Source: Candidatus Omnitrophota bacterium (GTDB lineage Bacteria; Omnitrophota; Gorgyraeia; Zapsychrales; Zapsychraceae). Taken from it: DNA of 64,000 bases. A model generated the notes under the pieces. The model searched no databases. It was not told where the DNA came from and saw only the letters and a list, made by a program, of their open reading frames with translations. The stretch lies in assembly GCA_015233115.1 (NCBI GenBank), contig JADFYJ010000001.1, positions 3,084-67,083 of the forward strand. Direction: 5' to 3'. The number at the start of each line of letters is the position of its first letter. Position 1 is the stretch's first letter. Both the position numbers and the translations under genes were made by a program. Positions 19,119 through 30,156 of the stretch are shown in pieces.

Positions 19119-20480
19119 ATGAAGTCTTTTGGTTATGTATTGCTGGTCGCGGTTATATTAACCGGTGGAGTCAAGCAAGTGTGGGCGGATAATGTGGCTT
19201 CTATGGAGGAACGGTTGCAAGCGTTGGAACAGGAAGTCGCGATTTTAAAACGTCAGATTGAAATTGATAAAGAAGAATCATCGAAAAAACTAGAAACTGT
19301 ACCCATTGTTACTGTCGGCATTAAAGATGGTTTACAAATCAAAACGCCGGACGAGAGCTATAAGTTGAAAATCGGCGGTTATGTACAGGCAGATGCCAGG
19401 TTTTTTGCGAATAACGGGAATACAAAAGAATTGTTGGGGACAACAGATACATTTTACGCGCGGACTGTCCGTTTAGTGTTTCAAGGAACTGTATCCAAAT
19501 ATTTTGATTTTTATATCGCTCCGGAGTTTGGTTCGAGCACGATTTCTTTACCGGATGCTTACGCGGAATGGAGAATTAACCCGGCATTTAAGATTCGCGG
19601 CGGAAAATTTAAAGCTCCTTTTGGATATGATAGATTAGAATCGACACCGGCATTAATTTTCGCGGAACCGGCTTTGGTAGAGAATTTAGCGCCTAATCGG
19701 GATCTGGGATTTCAGCTTTCAGGTGATTTGTGGAAAAGCACGTTGAGTTATGCTTTGGCAGTAACCAATGGCGTGCAGGATGCCGGCGGCACGAGTACGG
19801 TCAAGGATACCAATAATGGAAAAGAAATTGGGGGCAGGATTGTTGTTCAGCCTTTTAGCAATACTGACTTGCTGTCTTTACGTAAATTGGGTGTGGCCGG
19901 AGCATTCAGTTACGGGCATAAGGAAGAAACTTTATCTGCCAGCCCGGCTTATGTCACAGCCGGACAATCAACTTTTTATTCTTTAACCGGCACAGCCAGC
20001 GGAGCACAAAGCCGGTATTCTCCGCAGATATTTTATTATTTTAATTCTTTAGGGTTTTGGAGTGAATACATGTCGTCGCAAGAGCAATTAGTGAAGACAA
20101 CTAAGAAACAGAAGATCAGAAATGATGGCTGGCAGGTCGCGGCGTCATATGTTTTAACTGGTGAAGACGCGTCTTACAAAGGCGTCACACCTAAACATCC
20201 TTTTGATTTGTCCAAGGGCCAATGGGGTGCTTTTGAAATCGCTGGACGATATAGCTCGCTGGATATTGATAACAAAGTGTTTGATTCTAATCTGACTAGT
20301 ACGTTGATTACGACCTCAGCTGCGGCAGCGGGTGCTTGGACTGCGGGATTAAATTGGTATATCAATAATAATGTCAAATTTGTGTTAAATTATGAACAAA
20401 CCAAATTCAAAGGTGGAGCAGTTAATGGGAGCCGTCTGACTGAAAATTTAATTCTCAGTAGATTACAATTAGCTTTTTGA
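19119..20480 (+). CDS. OprO/OprP-family anion-selective porin
   Basis: Signal peptide, coiled coil, GKFKAPFG, SYVLTGE, WGAFEIAGRYS, C-terminal F. Confidence 0.85.
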   Translation: MKSFGYVLLVAVILTGGVKQVWADNVASMEERLQALEQEVAILKRQIEIDKEESSKKLETVPIVTVGIKDGLQIKTPDESYKLKIGGYVQADARFFANNGNTKELLGTTDTFYARTVRLVFQGTVSKYFDFYIAPEFGSSTISLPDAYAEWRINPAFKIRGGKFKAPFGYDRLESTPALIFAEPALVENLAPNRDLGFQLSGDLWKSTLSYALAVTNGVQDAGGTSTVKDTNNGKEIGGRIVVQPFSNTDLLSLRKLGVAGAFSYGHKEETLSASPAYVTAGQSTFYSLTGTASGAQSRYSPQIFYYFNSLGFWSEYMSSQEQLVKTTKKQKIRNDGWQVAASYVLTGEDASYKGVTPKHPFDLSKGQWGAFEIAGRYSSLDIDNKVFDSNLTSTLITTSAAAAGAWTAGLNWYINNNVKFVLNYEQTKFKGGAVNGSRLTENLILSRLQLAF

Positions 20481-20525
20481 GAATTGTGACATATAAGAAT
20501 TTTTAACTATGAAAAGGGAGAAGAT

Positions 20526-21542
20526 ATGAACAAGCAAAGTATAACCAGTTTTTTAATGCCGTTCATTATCGGGTTGGCATTTATAACGTCGGCAGCTGCA
20601 GAAAATAAAGTAACATTATTGAATGTATCGTATGATCCGACACGGGAATTATATCAGGCGTTTAACCAGTCGTTCGCACAGAATTGGCTCAAACTAACTG
20701 GCACTGTTGTAGAGGTTAATCAATCCCATGGGGGAAGCGGTAAACAAGCGCGCGCAGTTATTGATGGACTTGAGGCGGATGTCGTGACTTTGGCTTTGGC
20801 CTATGACATTGATTCGATCGCGAATTTAACCAATCTCATTCCGAAAACCTGGCAAAAAAGACTCCCTAATGCCAGCGCGCCTTACACGTCGACCATTGTG
20901 TTTCTGGTACGCAAAGGGAATCCTCGTAATATCAAAGATTGGGATGATTTGGTGAAACCCGGTGTCAGCGTGATCATGCCCAATCCTAAGACCTCAGGAG
21001 GAGCACGGTGGAATTATCTTGCTGCTTGGGGTTATGCGCTTAAAAAGTGGAATAATGATGAAAATAAAGCTAAAGATTTTGTAGCCGCTCTTTATAAAAA
21101 TGTCCCGGTTCTTGATTCAGGCGCGCGTGGTTCCACAACAACGTTCGTAGAACGAAAAATCGGGGATGTGCTGATTGCTTGGGAGAATGAAGCTTATTTG
21201 GTTGCGAATCAGACGGGTAAAGGTGAGTTTGAAATTGTTATGCCGTCTTTAAGTATTTTGGCAGAACCGTCGGTTACTTTGGTCGATGGTGATGCGGATC
21301 GTCATGGAACGCGTAAAGTTGCGCAGGCGTATTTAGAGTATTTATATTCAGCGGAAGGCCAGGAAATTGCGGCAAAAAATTATTACCGGCCGCGTATGGA
21401 ATCCGTGATGGCGAAATACGCGTCTCAATTTCAAAAAGTAGAATTGTTTACTATTGATGATGTCTTTAATGGGTGGAAAGCTGCCCAAGCAAAGCATTTC
21501 GCGGATAAAGGAATTTTTGATCAGATTTTTCAAGTAAAATAA
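20526..21542 (+). CDS. sbp: Sulfate ABC transporter substrate-binding protein
   Basis: [31 protein letters not shown]. Confidence 0.95.
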   Translation: MNKQSITSFLMPFIIGLAFITSAAAENKVTLLNVSYDPTRELYQAFNQSFAQNWLKLTGTVVEVNQSHGGSGKQARAVIDGLEADVVTLALAYDIDSIANLTNLIPKTWQKRLPNASAPYTSTIVFLVRKGNPRNIKDWDDLVKPGVSVIMPNPKTSGGARWNYLAAWGYALKKWNNDENKAKDFVAALYKNVPVLDSGARGSTTTFVERKIGDVLIAWENEAYLVANQTGKGEFEIVMPSLSILAEPSVTLVDGDADRHGTRKVAQAYLEYLYSAEGQEIAAKNYYRPRMESVMAKYASQFQKVELFTIDDVFNGWKAAQAKHFADKGIFDQIFQVK

Positions 21543-21768
21543 ACAAGGTCACAACGTCACAAAGTCACAAGGTCACAAAGGTCAATTTTGAAAAATATTG
21601 AAAAACGAATTATGTTTGTTATTAAATGTTTTAGATAAAAAATTAGCGTGTTGATTTATTGATCTTATTTTGATTATTTTTAATTTTTTTGTTACGTTTT
21701 GTTTTTTATATTTATTCCCTTGGTGACTTTGTGACTCTATGTGCAACCTTGAGTGTGCCTTGTGACCT
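21543..21768. repeat. Octamer-arm inverted element (GTCACAAG ... TTGTGAC)
   Basis: caaggtcacaacgtcacaaagtcacaaggtcac ... ggtgactttgtgact...cttgtgacct. Confidence 0.8.
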
Positions 21769-21782
21769 AAAAGGATTTTTAT

Positions 21783-22619
21783 ATGCATGAGCCGTTTGTT
21801 AAAAAAAGTATTTTACCGGGATTTTCTTTATCTTTGGGGTTTACGATTTTTTATCTAAGCCTTATTGTCTTGATTCCATTGTCTATGCTTTTTTTAAAAA
21901 CATCGTCATTAAGTTTTAAAGGATTTATTGATGTGATCATGGACCCGCGGACTTTAGCTGCTTATCGTCTGAGTTTTGGAACCGCGTTCGTGAGCGCTGG
22001 CATAAATGCGGTATTTGGTTTTATAGTGGCGTGGGTTTTGGTCCGGTATACTTTTCCGGGTAAACGGATTGTGGATGCTTTGGTGGATTTTCCATTGGCT
22101 CTGCCGACGGCGGTAGCGGGGATAGCGTTAACGGAGCTTTATACTCCGACCGGCTGGGTAGGGCAATATTTAAATGTGTGGGGTATTAAAGGCGCGTTTA
22201 GCCCCTTTGGAATTACCATTGCTTTAACATTTATTGGTTTGCCTTTTGTGGTACGGACCATTCAGCCGGTTCTGGAGGACTTGGATCCGCAGATTGAAGA
22301 GGCCGCCGCGTCGTTAGGGGCTAACCGCTGGCAGACCTTAACGACGGTGATTCTTCCAATCATTTTTCCGGCCTTATTGGCTGGCGTTACTTTGGCTTTA
22401 GCCAGAGCGATTGGAGAATATGGTTCAGTTATTTTTATTGCTGGTAATATGCCGATGAAAACGGAAATTGCGCCTTTGTTGATTATGACAAAATTAGAAC
22501 AATATGATTATGCGGGAGCCACCGCGATCGCGATTGGCATGCTGTTGATTTCATTTTTACTTTTAGCCATGGCGAATTTTTTTCAGTGGAAGACATCAAA
22601 GAATTTAGGAAAAGCGTAA
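21783..22619 (+). CDS. cysT: Sulfate ABC permease CysT
   Basis: LPGF.LSLG, ALPTAVAGI, EEAAASLGA. Confidence 0.95.
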   Translation: MHEPFVKKSILPGFSLSLGFTIFYLSLIVLIPLSMLFLKTSSLSFKGFIDVIMDPRTLAAYRLSFGTAFVSAGINAVFGFIVAWVLVRYTFPGKRIVDALVDFPLALPTAVAGIALTELYTPTGWVGQYLNVWGIKGAFSPFGITIALTFIGLPFVVRTIQPVLEDLDPQIEEAAASLGANRWQTLTTVILPIIFPALLAGVTLALARAIGEYGSVIFIAGNMPMKTEIAPLLIMTKLEQYDYAGATAIAIGMLLISFLLLAMANFFQWKTSKNLGKA

Positions 22620-22622
22620 AGA

Positions 22623-22699
22623 AGGTTTTTGGTTTTTGGAAAAAGCGATTATTTTCAACAACCGATAACCAACAACCAACAACCATCAACCATCAACCG
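22623..22699. repeat. Heptamer-arm inverted element
   Basis: ggtttttggtttttgg-aaaaagcgatt ... aaccaacaaccaacaaccatcaaccatcaacc. Confidence 0.85.
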
Positions 22700-22713
22700 A
22701 ATAACTATATATT

Positions 22714-23532
22714 ATGAGCGCACGAACTGAGCCAAAAATTATTCAGTACTTTTTGATATTTATCGCGCTGGCTTTTTTTGGGCTTTTTATTGTTTTACCT
22801 TTGGTGTGTGTGTTTCATAATGCTTTAGCTAAAGGCTGGGGTATTTATTTTAAGACCCTTCAGGACCGCGACGCAATAGCCGCCATGAAAATGACTGTGG
22901 TCACGGCTTTGATTGCGGTACCCTTGAATTTAATATTTGGCGTAGTGGCGTCGTGGGCAATTGCTAAATTTGATTTTAAAGGTAAAAATTTTCTTTTAAC
23001 GCTCATTGATTTGCCGCTTTCGGTTTCGCCCGTCATCGCCGGACTGATTTTTATTTTATTATTCGGCGCGCAGGGATTGTTAGGGCCATGGCTGATTGCG
23101 CATAATATTAGAATCATTTTTGCTATGCCCGCAGTTATTTTGGTCACCATTTTTGTCACCTTTCCCATTGTTGCCCGGGAATTGATTCCGATTATGAAAT
23201 CGCAGGGGAACGAGGAGGAAGAGGCAGCTATGACCTTGGGCGCAAGCGGTTGGAAAACATTTTGGTTGGTGTCAGTACCCAATATTCGCTGGGGTATTTT
23301 GTATGGGATCATTTTATGTAATGCCCGGGCCATGGGTGAGTTTGGCGCGGTGTCAGTCGTTTCCGGACATATCCGCGGCTTGACAAATACATTGCCGTTG
23401 CACGTTGAAATTTTGTATAACGAATATCAGTCCACAGCCGCTTTTGCCGCAGCGTCGATCTTAGCCCTGCTGGCTATTTTCACGCTGATAGCAAAGAGTA
23501 TTGTAGAGGTTGCTGTTCGAAGGGGAATATAA
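22714..23532 (+). CDS. cysW: Sulfate ABC permease CysW
   Basis: DLPLSVSPVIAG, ARAMGEFGAVSVVSGHIRG. Confidence 0.95.
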   Translation: MSARTEPKIIQYFLIFIALAFFGLFIVLPLVCVFHNALAKGWGIYFKTLQDRDAIAAMKMTVVTALIAVPLNLIFGVVASWAIAKFDFKGKNFLLTLIDLPLSVSPVIAGLIFILLFGAQGLLGPWLIAHNIRIIFAMPAVILVTIFVTFPIVARELIPIMKSQGNEEEEAAMTLGASGWKTFWLVSVPNIRWGILYGIILCNARAMGEFGAVSVVSGHIRGLTNTLPLHVEILYNEYQSTAAFAAASILALLAIFTLIAKSIVEVAVRRGI

Positions 23533-23668
23533 AAGTGGTAAAGGGGGTAAAGGGGGTAAAGGAAAAAGCGATTGCTGGAAAAGCGATTGGTGGAAGAAAA
23601 ATGATTAAGGGATAAGTATTGAGCTTTTTGTTTTGTTGTTTTAATTTTTAAAAATGATTGACGCTGTT

Positions 23669-23770
23669 GTAGGGGCGATCTCCTGATCGCCCGTTACAAA
23701 ATTGTCGCTTTTAGTTATGTTGTTAATTTTAAAAAACGATTGATGCGGGCGATCAGGAGATCGCCCCTAC
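23669..23770. repeat. GTAG-type REP doublet (REPIN-like)
   Basis: gtaggggcgatctcctgatcgcccg ... cgggcgatcaggagatcgcccctac, perfectly complementary arms. Confidence 0.9.
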
Positions 23771-23804
23771 GACCCTGCGAGCAGGTTTGATTTAGGACAA
23801 ATTT

Positions 23805-24875
23805 ATGAGCATTGAAGTCAAAAATATCCACAAACAATTCGGCAATTTTCAGGCTTTGGAGAATTTAAGTTTGAAAGTTGAATCTGGCGAGTTATTGGCT
23901 TTGCTGGGCCCATCGGGCTCTGGAAAGACCACGCTTTTACGTATTGTGGCCGGCCTTGACGCGGTCGATAAGGGGCAAGTGTTGTTTGGTGATCAAGATG
24001 CCCAGAATCAAAAAGCCCGGGAACGCGGCGTCGGATTTGTTTTTCAGCATTATGCCTTGTTTCGTAATATGACTGTTTTTGATAACATCGCGTTTGGTTT
24101 AAAAGTTCAGCCACGGCATCTACGGCCTTCTAAAGTTCAGATCCGTGAAAAAGTTATGGAATTATTAAATTTGGTCCAGCTTGAATGGCTGGCAGATCGT
24201 TATCCATGGCAATTGTCCGGCGGGCAGAGACAAAGAATCGCCTTGGCCAGAGCCTTGGCGGTTCGTCCCAAAGTTCTGCTTTTGGATGAGCCTTTTGGTT
24301 CGCTGGACGCGCAAGTGCGCAAAGAATTGCGGTTGTGGCTAAGACGTTTTCATGATGAATTTCACATTACGACTCTTTTTGTGACCCATGACCAGGAAGA
24401 GGCATTGGAAGTGGCTGACCGTATTGTGGTCATGAACAAAGGCCGCATTGAACAGATTGGCACGCCGGAAGAGGTGTATCATAATCCGGCCAATCCATTT
24501 GTGCTTAGTTTTTTGGGCAACGTGAACCTGTTTCATTGCCGGTTAGCCGAGGGAAAAGCCTTTATCGGTGATACAGCTTTGGATGTTCCGGGTTTGTCTG
24601 TTGATCATCCCAAAACCGCAAAACTATACGTTCGTCCGAATCAATTTAAAATTTCCCGCGGGCCGGGCAAAGGGGACGCTTTAAAAGCTGTCGTTGAGTA
24701 TGTTAATCCGGCGGGAACAGTGGTGAAGGTCAATTTGAAGACAGAAAACGGCGAGCGGATTTATGTGGAGATATCACAGGATGAATTTAATCAACTTCGG
24801 CTTATAAAATCACAGCAAGTATACGTGAGTTTAAAAGACGTCACGTATTCGGAATATGTCCAAGACAGTATTTAA
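23805..24875 (+). CDS. cysA: Sulfate ABC ATPase CysA
   Basis: [24 protein letters not shown] tail. Confidence 0.95.
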   Translation: MSIEVKNIHKQFGNFQALENLSLKVESGELLALLGPSGSGKTTLLRIVAGLDAVDKGQVLFGDQDAQNQKARERGVGFVFQHYALFRNMTVFDNIAFGLKVQPRHLRPSKVQIREKVMELLNLVQLEWLADRYPWQLSGGQRQRIALARALAVRPKVLLLDEPFGSLDAQVRKELRLWLRRFHDEFHITTLFVTHDQEEALEVADRIVVMNKGRIEQIGTPEEVYHNPANPFVLSFLGNVNLFHCRLAEGKAFIGDTALDVPGLSVDHPKTAKLYVRPNQFKISRGPGKGDALKAVVEYVNPAGTVVKVNLKTENGERIYVEISQDEFNQLRLIKSQQVYVSLKDVTYSEYVQDSI

Positions 24876-26772
24876 AAATATTTTAGGCATTTTGATTCTT
24901 TTAGGAACCACTTATTCGCTTTTTTGTGGTTCCTATTTTCATATTTTTGAAAAGCTTGAATTGGATACTCTGGATATGCGCTTTCGTCTGCGCCCCGCCA
25001 TAGCGAAGACGGACAAAGTAGTTATTATTGAAATTGACAATGATACGATTAAAAAACTAGGCCGGTTCCCGATTGACCGGAGTTATCACGCGAGGCTGAT
25101 TAACGCTCTTTCTAAATTTGGCGCCAAAGCTGTGGTGTTTGATATATTTTTCAGCGAGCCGCAGAAAAGTGACAGTGAATTAAGAGAAGCCATGCGTTCG
25201 GCTGGCAATGTGTATCTGCCGTATGTATTTGAAGTTAATGATAAATTTGAACAGAAAATAATGGTAGCTGATAAATATTCAGCACAAAATTTAGAACCAT
25301 TATCGAGTGTGGCGAAAGGAACAGGATTTATCAATGTTTTGCCTGATCCGGATGGTAAATTTCGCAGAGCGCCATTGTATATCCGTTATAAGGATAGTTT
25401 GTATCCATCATCCGCGTTTTTGGCAGCGTCTGATTTTCTCGGCATTGACCCGGCTAATCGTTATATGATGCCAGGTGAATATTTGGCTTATGATACGTCG
25501 AACAAAATCCCCTTGGATGAAAATTCTAATATTATTATCAATTATTCGGGTAAATGGGCGCAGTCATTTCCGCATTATTCTTACGGAGAGATATTGGAAT
25601 CATATAAAGACCGGTATTCGGGGGAGAAGCCGCCATTAGATCTTAATATTTTTAAAGGCAAAGTGTGCTGGGTGGGGTATACGGCTGATGGAACAACCGA
25701 TTTGCATCCGACGCCGCTTGAGTCACTTTATCCCGCGGTCGGCATTCACGCGGAAATTTTTAATTCTTTATTAACTAAAAATTTTATTACCCGCGCGACC
25801 AAAGTGCAGAATTTGTGGGTGCTGTTTGTTTTGTTCTTTGTTGTTTTTGTTTCATCCGTAACAGCCGCGCCGCTTAGGGCATTTGTGATTCTTTTGGAGG
25901 TCAATGCGGTTTTTATTGGCGTGAGTGTTGTATTGTTTGATCTAAAAGGCTTCTGGATCGACACGTTTTATCCTTTGGTGATCACCAGTTTGGTTTATCT
26001 TTTTTGCACGGTATTTCGTTACATGGCGCAATTTAAAGAACGTGTCATTCTCGAAAATGAGTTAAAGATCGCCAAGCAGATTCAAGAAAGTTTTTTACCG
26101 GAAAATTTACCGGAGATCGATGGGTTTGATACAGCGGTCACCATGATTACGGCGCGGCAAGTGGGCGGCGATCTTTATGATGTCCTTAAATTTGATAATG
26201 AAAAAGTCGGCGTTATGATTGGTGATGTCACGGGCAAAGGAATTCCGGCCAGCCTTTTTATGGCTATGGCAGCCAGCTCATTTAAATTTTATGCTTTGCC
26301 GGAGGTCAGCCCGGAAAAAACCTTATTAAATCTGAATGAGAAAATTATTCGTGATTTTTCTTCCAATCGTTTTGTGACTGTGTTTTACTCAATTTTTGAT
26401 CTGAAGAACAAAAATATGCTGTTCGCCAACGGCGGTCATTTACCTGTATTATATTTCGCGGCCGGTCAAAAACCTGTTTCGCTCGATGTGGAACAAGGCA
26501 TGCCGTTGGGGATGATGAAAGGGGCGTATACAAATAAAAAGATAAAATTTGACCAGGGGGACATATTTATTTATTATACGGACGGCATTACGGAAGCCAT
26601 GAACGCGAAATCCGTTCAATATGGCCTGGAAAGGTTGATTTCCGTCATTGAGATTAACCGCCACTTACCCGCGCTTGATATTTGCGCGGCAGTAGAAAGT
26701 GATGTGCTGGGTTTCCGGTCTAAACGTAAACAACAAGACGATGTGACTTTAATCGTCATTAAAATCAATTAG
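24856..26772 (+). CDS. CHASE2-domain membrane PP2C/SpoIIE phosphatase (RsbU-like)
   Basis: CHASE2 ([14 protein letters not shown]), 3 TMs, VGGDLYD, GDVTGKG, TDGITEA, DD.T. Confidence 0.92.
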   Translation: MSKTVFKNILGILILLGTTYSLFCGSYFHIFEKLELDTLDMRFRLRPAIAKTDKVVIIEIDNDTIKKLGRFPIDRSYHARLINALSKFGAKAVVFDIFFSEPQKSDSELREAMRSAGNVYLPYVFEVNDKFEQKIMVADKYSAQNLEPLSSVAKGTGFINVLPDPDGKFRRAPLYIRYKDSLYPSSAFLAASDFLGIDPANRYMMPGEYLAYDTSNKIPLDENSNIIINYSGKWAQSFPHYSYGEILESYKDRYSGEKPPLDLNIFKGKVCWVGYTADGTTDLHPTPLESLYPAVGIHAEIFNSLLTKNFITRATKVQNLWVLFVLFFVVFVSSVTAAPLRAFVILLEVNAVFIGVSVVLFDLKGFWIDTFYPLVITSLVYLFCTVFRYMAQFKERVILENELKIAKQIQESFLPENLPEIDGFDTAVTMITARQVGGDLYDVLKFDNEKVGVMIGDVTGKGIPASLFMAMAASSFKFYALPEVSPEKTLLNLNEKIIRDFSSNRFVTVFYSIFDLKNKNMLFANGGHLPVLYFAAGQKPVSLDVEQGMPLGMMKGAYTNKKIKFDQGDIFIYYTDGITEAMNAKSVQYGLERLISVIEINRHLPALDICAAVESDVLGFRSKRKQQDDVTLIVIKIN

Positions 26773-26784
26773 GAATATTAAAAT

Positions 26785-27198
26785 ATGATAATATTCGATC
26801 AAACTATTCCCTCAGATATGTCAGGGGTTACAGAATTTGTTTCCGCTGTCTTTGAAAAATTATCATTTCTGTCTTTTGATGAACCGACCGTGTTTAATTT
26901 AAAGCTTTGCTTGCATGAAGCGGTCGTAAATGCCATTAAGCATGGGAATAAATTAAATAGCAAATTGCGGGTTCGTGTTATAATCAAAAATGAAGAGAAT
27001 AAATTAATATTCGAAGTTGACGACCAAGGGGAAGGTTTTGATCCTCAGTCCATTCCAGATCCTACCGCGGAAGAAAATATTTTAAAGTGCAGCGGGCGGG
27101 GAGTTTTTTTAATTAAAAATATCATGGATGATGTGCAATTCCAAAATAATGGAAAAACTATAAAAATGGTTAAGCTGTTAAAAAAGGAGGAAGGTTAA
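26785..27198 (+). CDS. Anti-sigma factor kinase (RsbW-like)
   Basis: EAVVNAIKHGN, D.GEGFD, SGRGVFLI. Confidence 0.9.
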   Translation: MIIFDQTIPSDMSGVTEFVSAVFEKLSFLSFDEPTVFNLKLCLHEAVVNAIKHGNKLNSKLRVRVIIKNEENKLIFEVDDQGEGFDPQSIPDPTAEENILKCSGRGVFLIKNIMDDVQFQNNGKTIKMVKLLKKEEG

Positions 27199-27199
27199 C

Positions 27200-27532
27200 G
27201 TGGACATTAAACTTGACAACATAAACGGTGTTGCGATTGTCACAGTAGGAGGCAACATCAATATGGATAATTGTAATGAACTCAGAGACGCTTTCAAAAA
27301 AGTGCTCAAAGACGGCAAGACTAAAGTTTTGATTGATTTGGCTAAAGTGGTATTTATTGATAGTTCCGGCATTGCTTCGTTAATTGAAATGTTTCAAAAT
27401 TTAGAAAAAGTTGGCGGTAAAATGCGTTTATGCCATGTGAATAAGAATATTATTGGATTATTTGAGATCACCAAAGTGCATAAGCTGTTCGGTATTTTTG
27501 AGAATCGTGAAGAAGCCCTTAAGGAGTTTTAA
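27200..27532 (+). CDS. Anti-anti-sigma STAS protein (RsbV-like)
   Basis: FIDSSGIASL motif. Confidence 0.92.
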   Translation: MDIKLDNINGVAIVTVGGNINMDNCNELRDAFKKVLKDGKTKVLIDLAKVVFIDSSGIASLIEMFQNLEKVGGKMRLCHVNKNIIGLFEITKVHKLFGIFENREEALKEF

Positions 27533-27534
27533 TA

Positions 27535-28305
27535 ATGGCAGAAGATATTACCGCCATAGAGCAAAAAGCTCATATATTGATTGGTGAACATAAGTATCAA
27601 GAAGCGGGTGATCTGTATTATCAAGCCGCTAAAGTTCTTCAAAAAGAAGAAAAACACAGCCGGGCCGCGATTTGTTTAGCTGCTTCGGCCAGTAGTTTAG
27701 CGCTCATATTTGGAGAACGGACATTTCACCGGATTGCCTCACTTTATGAAGAAGCTGCGGAAGAAGCGGAAACTTCGCGCGATTTCGAATATTCATCTAT
27801 GTTGTATAAACATGCCGCTATTGCGTATGAACGGGATCATGATAATAATGCGTTTTCAGAATGTTTTTATAAATCCAAAGAAGCTTACCGGAAGTTCTTA
27901 GTGTTTGATCTTTTTCAGACTCAAAAAAAAGATGATAATGTGGAAATTAAATTTAATCTCAAAATTATTAAACGCCGGATTTTGCCTTTGTTTTCGGTGA
28001 CTTTTTCATCACTTTTGTGGGGTCATGGTGAACGACCGCATCGTACCGTAGCGTTTGGTTTCGTGTTGATTTTATTATGCGCGATTTTTTATACACATGG
28101 TCATTTTTATAAGATTGACGCGGTCATTCATCCTAATTTATTTCAGGCTACGTATTTTAGTTTTACGAATTTCACTAAAGTTGGCGCCGAGAGCGTAACT
28201 CCCATTGGGTTGAATAAAGTAGTGGCGGTTATTGAGGCTTTTAGCGGACTTTTCATCATCCCCTTATTTCTTACTGGTCTTTGCCGAAAGTATTTAAGGT
28301 TTTAA
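27535..28305 (+). CDS. TPR/SNAP-like helical domain fused to a two-TM ion-channel-like domain
   Basis: Helical repeats, then WGHGERP and YFSFTNFTKVG (degenerate TxGYG pore). Confidence 0.7.
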   Translation: MAEDITAIEQKAHILIGEHKYQEAGDLYYQAAKVLQKEEKHSRAAICLAASASSLALIFGERTFHRIASLYEEAAEEAETSRDFEYSSMLYKHAAIAYERDHDNNAFSECFYKSKEAYRKFLVFDLFQTQKKDDNVEIKFNLKIIKRRILPLFSVTFSSLLWGHGERPHRTVAFGFVLILLCAIFYTHGHFYKIDAVIHPNLFQATYFSFTNFTKVGAESVTPIGLNKVVAVIEAFSGLFIIPLFLTGLCRKYLRF

Positions 28306-28315
28306 ATAATATATT

Positions 28316-28402
28316 ATGTGGTTTTTGGTTTTTGGATGTTGGTTTTTGGTTGTTGAGAAAAATCGCTTTTTCCTAAAACTAAAAACTCTCAACCATTAAC
28401 GG
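28316..28402. repeat. Heptamer-arm inverted element
   Basis: ggtttttggtttttggatgttggtttttggttgttg ... aatcgctttttcc-taaaactaaaaactctcaaccattaacg. Confidence 0.8.
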
Positions 28403-28454
28403 TGAAACCAACGATTTCAACAATTTCAACATTTATGAAAAACAGATTTAAAAC

Positions 28455-28572
28455 GCGCGCGGTAGGGCGGGTTGCATTTAAACCAAATCATTCGCTCAAA
28501 CAGCAGCTCCTAAGCGGAGCTGAACTCGCTCGGTGATTCGGTTTCAACGCTAACCTTGGAATTGGGCACGCG
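28455..28572 (+). repeat. ~118-bp dispersed structured element, copy 2
   Basis: Near-identical to copies at 39540, 43425 and 50289. Confidence 0.9.
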
Positions 28573-28592
28573 CATATATGATTTAATCGCTT

Positions 28593-29603
28593 ATGAAAAA
28601 TTTATTTATAGTTTGTGGATTGTTGATTGCCATATTTTTATTGCCTTGCTGTGCTCACGCTAACGACCAGGTTTTCAAAGAATACTATGAAGTTCGCAAT
28701 TATTTTGGTACTGCTGTTTCTATTCATGCCTATTATGATCCCAAAATTGACATTGCCTCAGCGGTTCGGGAATGTTGGCAAAAGGCTGATCAAATTCAAT
28801 ATAATATGAATATTTATGATGAGAAAAATCAGGGGGACCTTAATCGGCTGAATAAATCAGGACTTAATGGCGTTCAAGTGAGTGATGATGTTTTTACCAT
28901 ATTTAAACATTCGCTTGAATTTTCACGACTGACTGGTGGAGCGTTTGATGTGACTGTATTACCTTTGATCAAATTGTGGAAAAAATGCGCAAAAGAAGGG
29001 CATCTTCCAGATCGAAAAATATTAGAACAGGCTAAAGCGAAAGTTGGCTGGCAGAATATTCGTCTTAAAGAACCGAATATGGTTTTTTTGATGAAACAAG
29101 GCATGATGGTGGATTTTGGTTCGCCTTCATCCGGATATTTTTGCGATGCTTTAGCCAAAATATTGGAACAACATAATATTCATGATTTTTTAGTTGATGG
29201 CGGAGGGGAATTGTATTACAAGGGGAAAGAAAAAGGAATCATTCCCTGGCGAGTAGGCATTGAAGATCCCTTTCAAAAAGATAAAATTTTGGCTGTTATA
29301 GAATTACGGGATAGGGGGGTATCAACTTCAGGAAATTACGAGAAATTCGTGACCATTGAGGGGCAAAAATATTCGCACATTATTGATCCGGTCAGCGGTT
29401 ATCCCCAAAAAGACACAGTCAGCGTAACCGTGATCGCGGATACTGCGGAAACCGCCAATGAATTGTCTACTGGTTTATGTGTGATGGGCGGACAAAAAGG
29501 CATTGCGCTCATCCGTTCATTGAAAAATATTGAAGCATTGATTATAGAAAACAAGAATGGCATTATAACGCGCTACCAAACTGATGGCTTTTTACCAAAT
29601 TAA
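28593..29603 (+). CDS. apbE: FAD:protein FMN transferase ApbE
   Basis: GAFDVTV.PL..LW, PWRVGIEDP, STSGNYE, YSHIIDP.SGYP. Confidence 0.92.
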   Translation: MKNLFIVCGLLIAIFLLPCCAHANDQVFKEYYEVRNYFGTAVSIHAYYDPKIDIASAVRECWQKADQIQYNMNIYDEKNQGDLNRLNKSGLNGVQVSDDVFTIFKHSLEFSRLTGGAFDVTVLPLIKLWKKCAKEGHLPDRKILEQAKAKVGWQNIRLKEPNMVFLMKQGMMVDFGSPSSGYFCDALAKILEQHNIHDFLVDGGGELYYKGKEKGIIPWRVGIEDPFQKDKILAVIELRDRGVSTSGNYEKFVTIEGQKYSHIIDPVSGYPQKDTVSVTVIADTAETANELSTGLCVMGGQKGIALIRSLKNIEALIIENKNGIITRYQTDGFLPN

Positions 29604-29640
29604 TTTCAACAATTTTAACAATTAGCCTCAAAAATACTCC

Positions 29641-29668
29641 TTGACATAGATAATCCGGTTGATATAAT
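29641..29668 (+). promoter_or_regulatory. sigma70-like promoter
   Basis: TTGACA-16nt-TATAAT upstream of the HTH-fixCX-mam block. Confidence 0.7.
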
Positions 29669-29707
29669 TTACGAACAATTTAAACTTGTTATTTTAGAAA
29701 GAGATAG

Positions 29708-30067
29708 ATGATATCTGAGTATTTAACAACTTCACAAACGGCCAGACTTTTTCATGTCACCCGATTTACTGTTCTTAACTGGATTAAACAGCAAAAATTA
29801 CAGGCTGTTTCAACTTTGGGCGGACACCAAAGAATACCTCAAAAAGCTATTGAAGACCTTCTCAAGCAAAAACAACAGGGATCCAAAATACCTGTTCAAG
29901 CACATATTTCCAAACAAATTCCTGAAGTAAAAAAAACAGTTAAACCTATCAGCACAGGCAGACCAGCACAAGCTAAAGCAGCTGAATTTGCTCGTGTTAT
30001 GAGAAAAGGGTCTTTTATATCCGGGAAATTTATCGCGTCTATAAAAAGCGGATTTTCACTTTTATGA
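29708..30067 (+). CDS. Excisionase-type (HTH_17/MerR-like) DNA-binding protein
   Basis: YLTTSQTARLFHVTRFTVLNWI...T.GGHQRI. Confidence 0.8.
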   Translation: MISEYLTTSQTARLFHVTRFTVLNWIKQQKLQAVSTLGGHQRIPQKAIEDLLKQKQQGSKIPVQAHISKQIPEVKKTVKPISTGRPAQAKAAEFARVMRKGSFISGKFIASIKSGFSLL

Positions 30068-30078
30068 AGTAAAAATTT

Positions 30079-30142
30079 TATGGTTTTTAGTTGTTGGTTG
30101 TTGAATGTAATCGCTTTTTCCAAAAACCATGAACCATCAACG
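30079..30142. repeat. Heptamer-arm inverted element
   Basis: tggtttttagttgttggttgttg-aatcgctttttcc-aaaaaccatgaaccatcaacg. Confidence 0.8.
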
Positions 30143-30156
30143 ATTCAAATTTATTT

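Noticed and set aside
29708-30067. Prophage or ICE excisionase
   Set aside because: No integrase, att site or phage genes. HTH_17 domains are commonly regulators.
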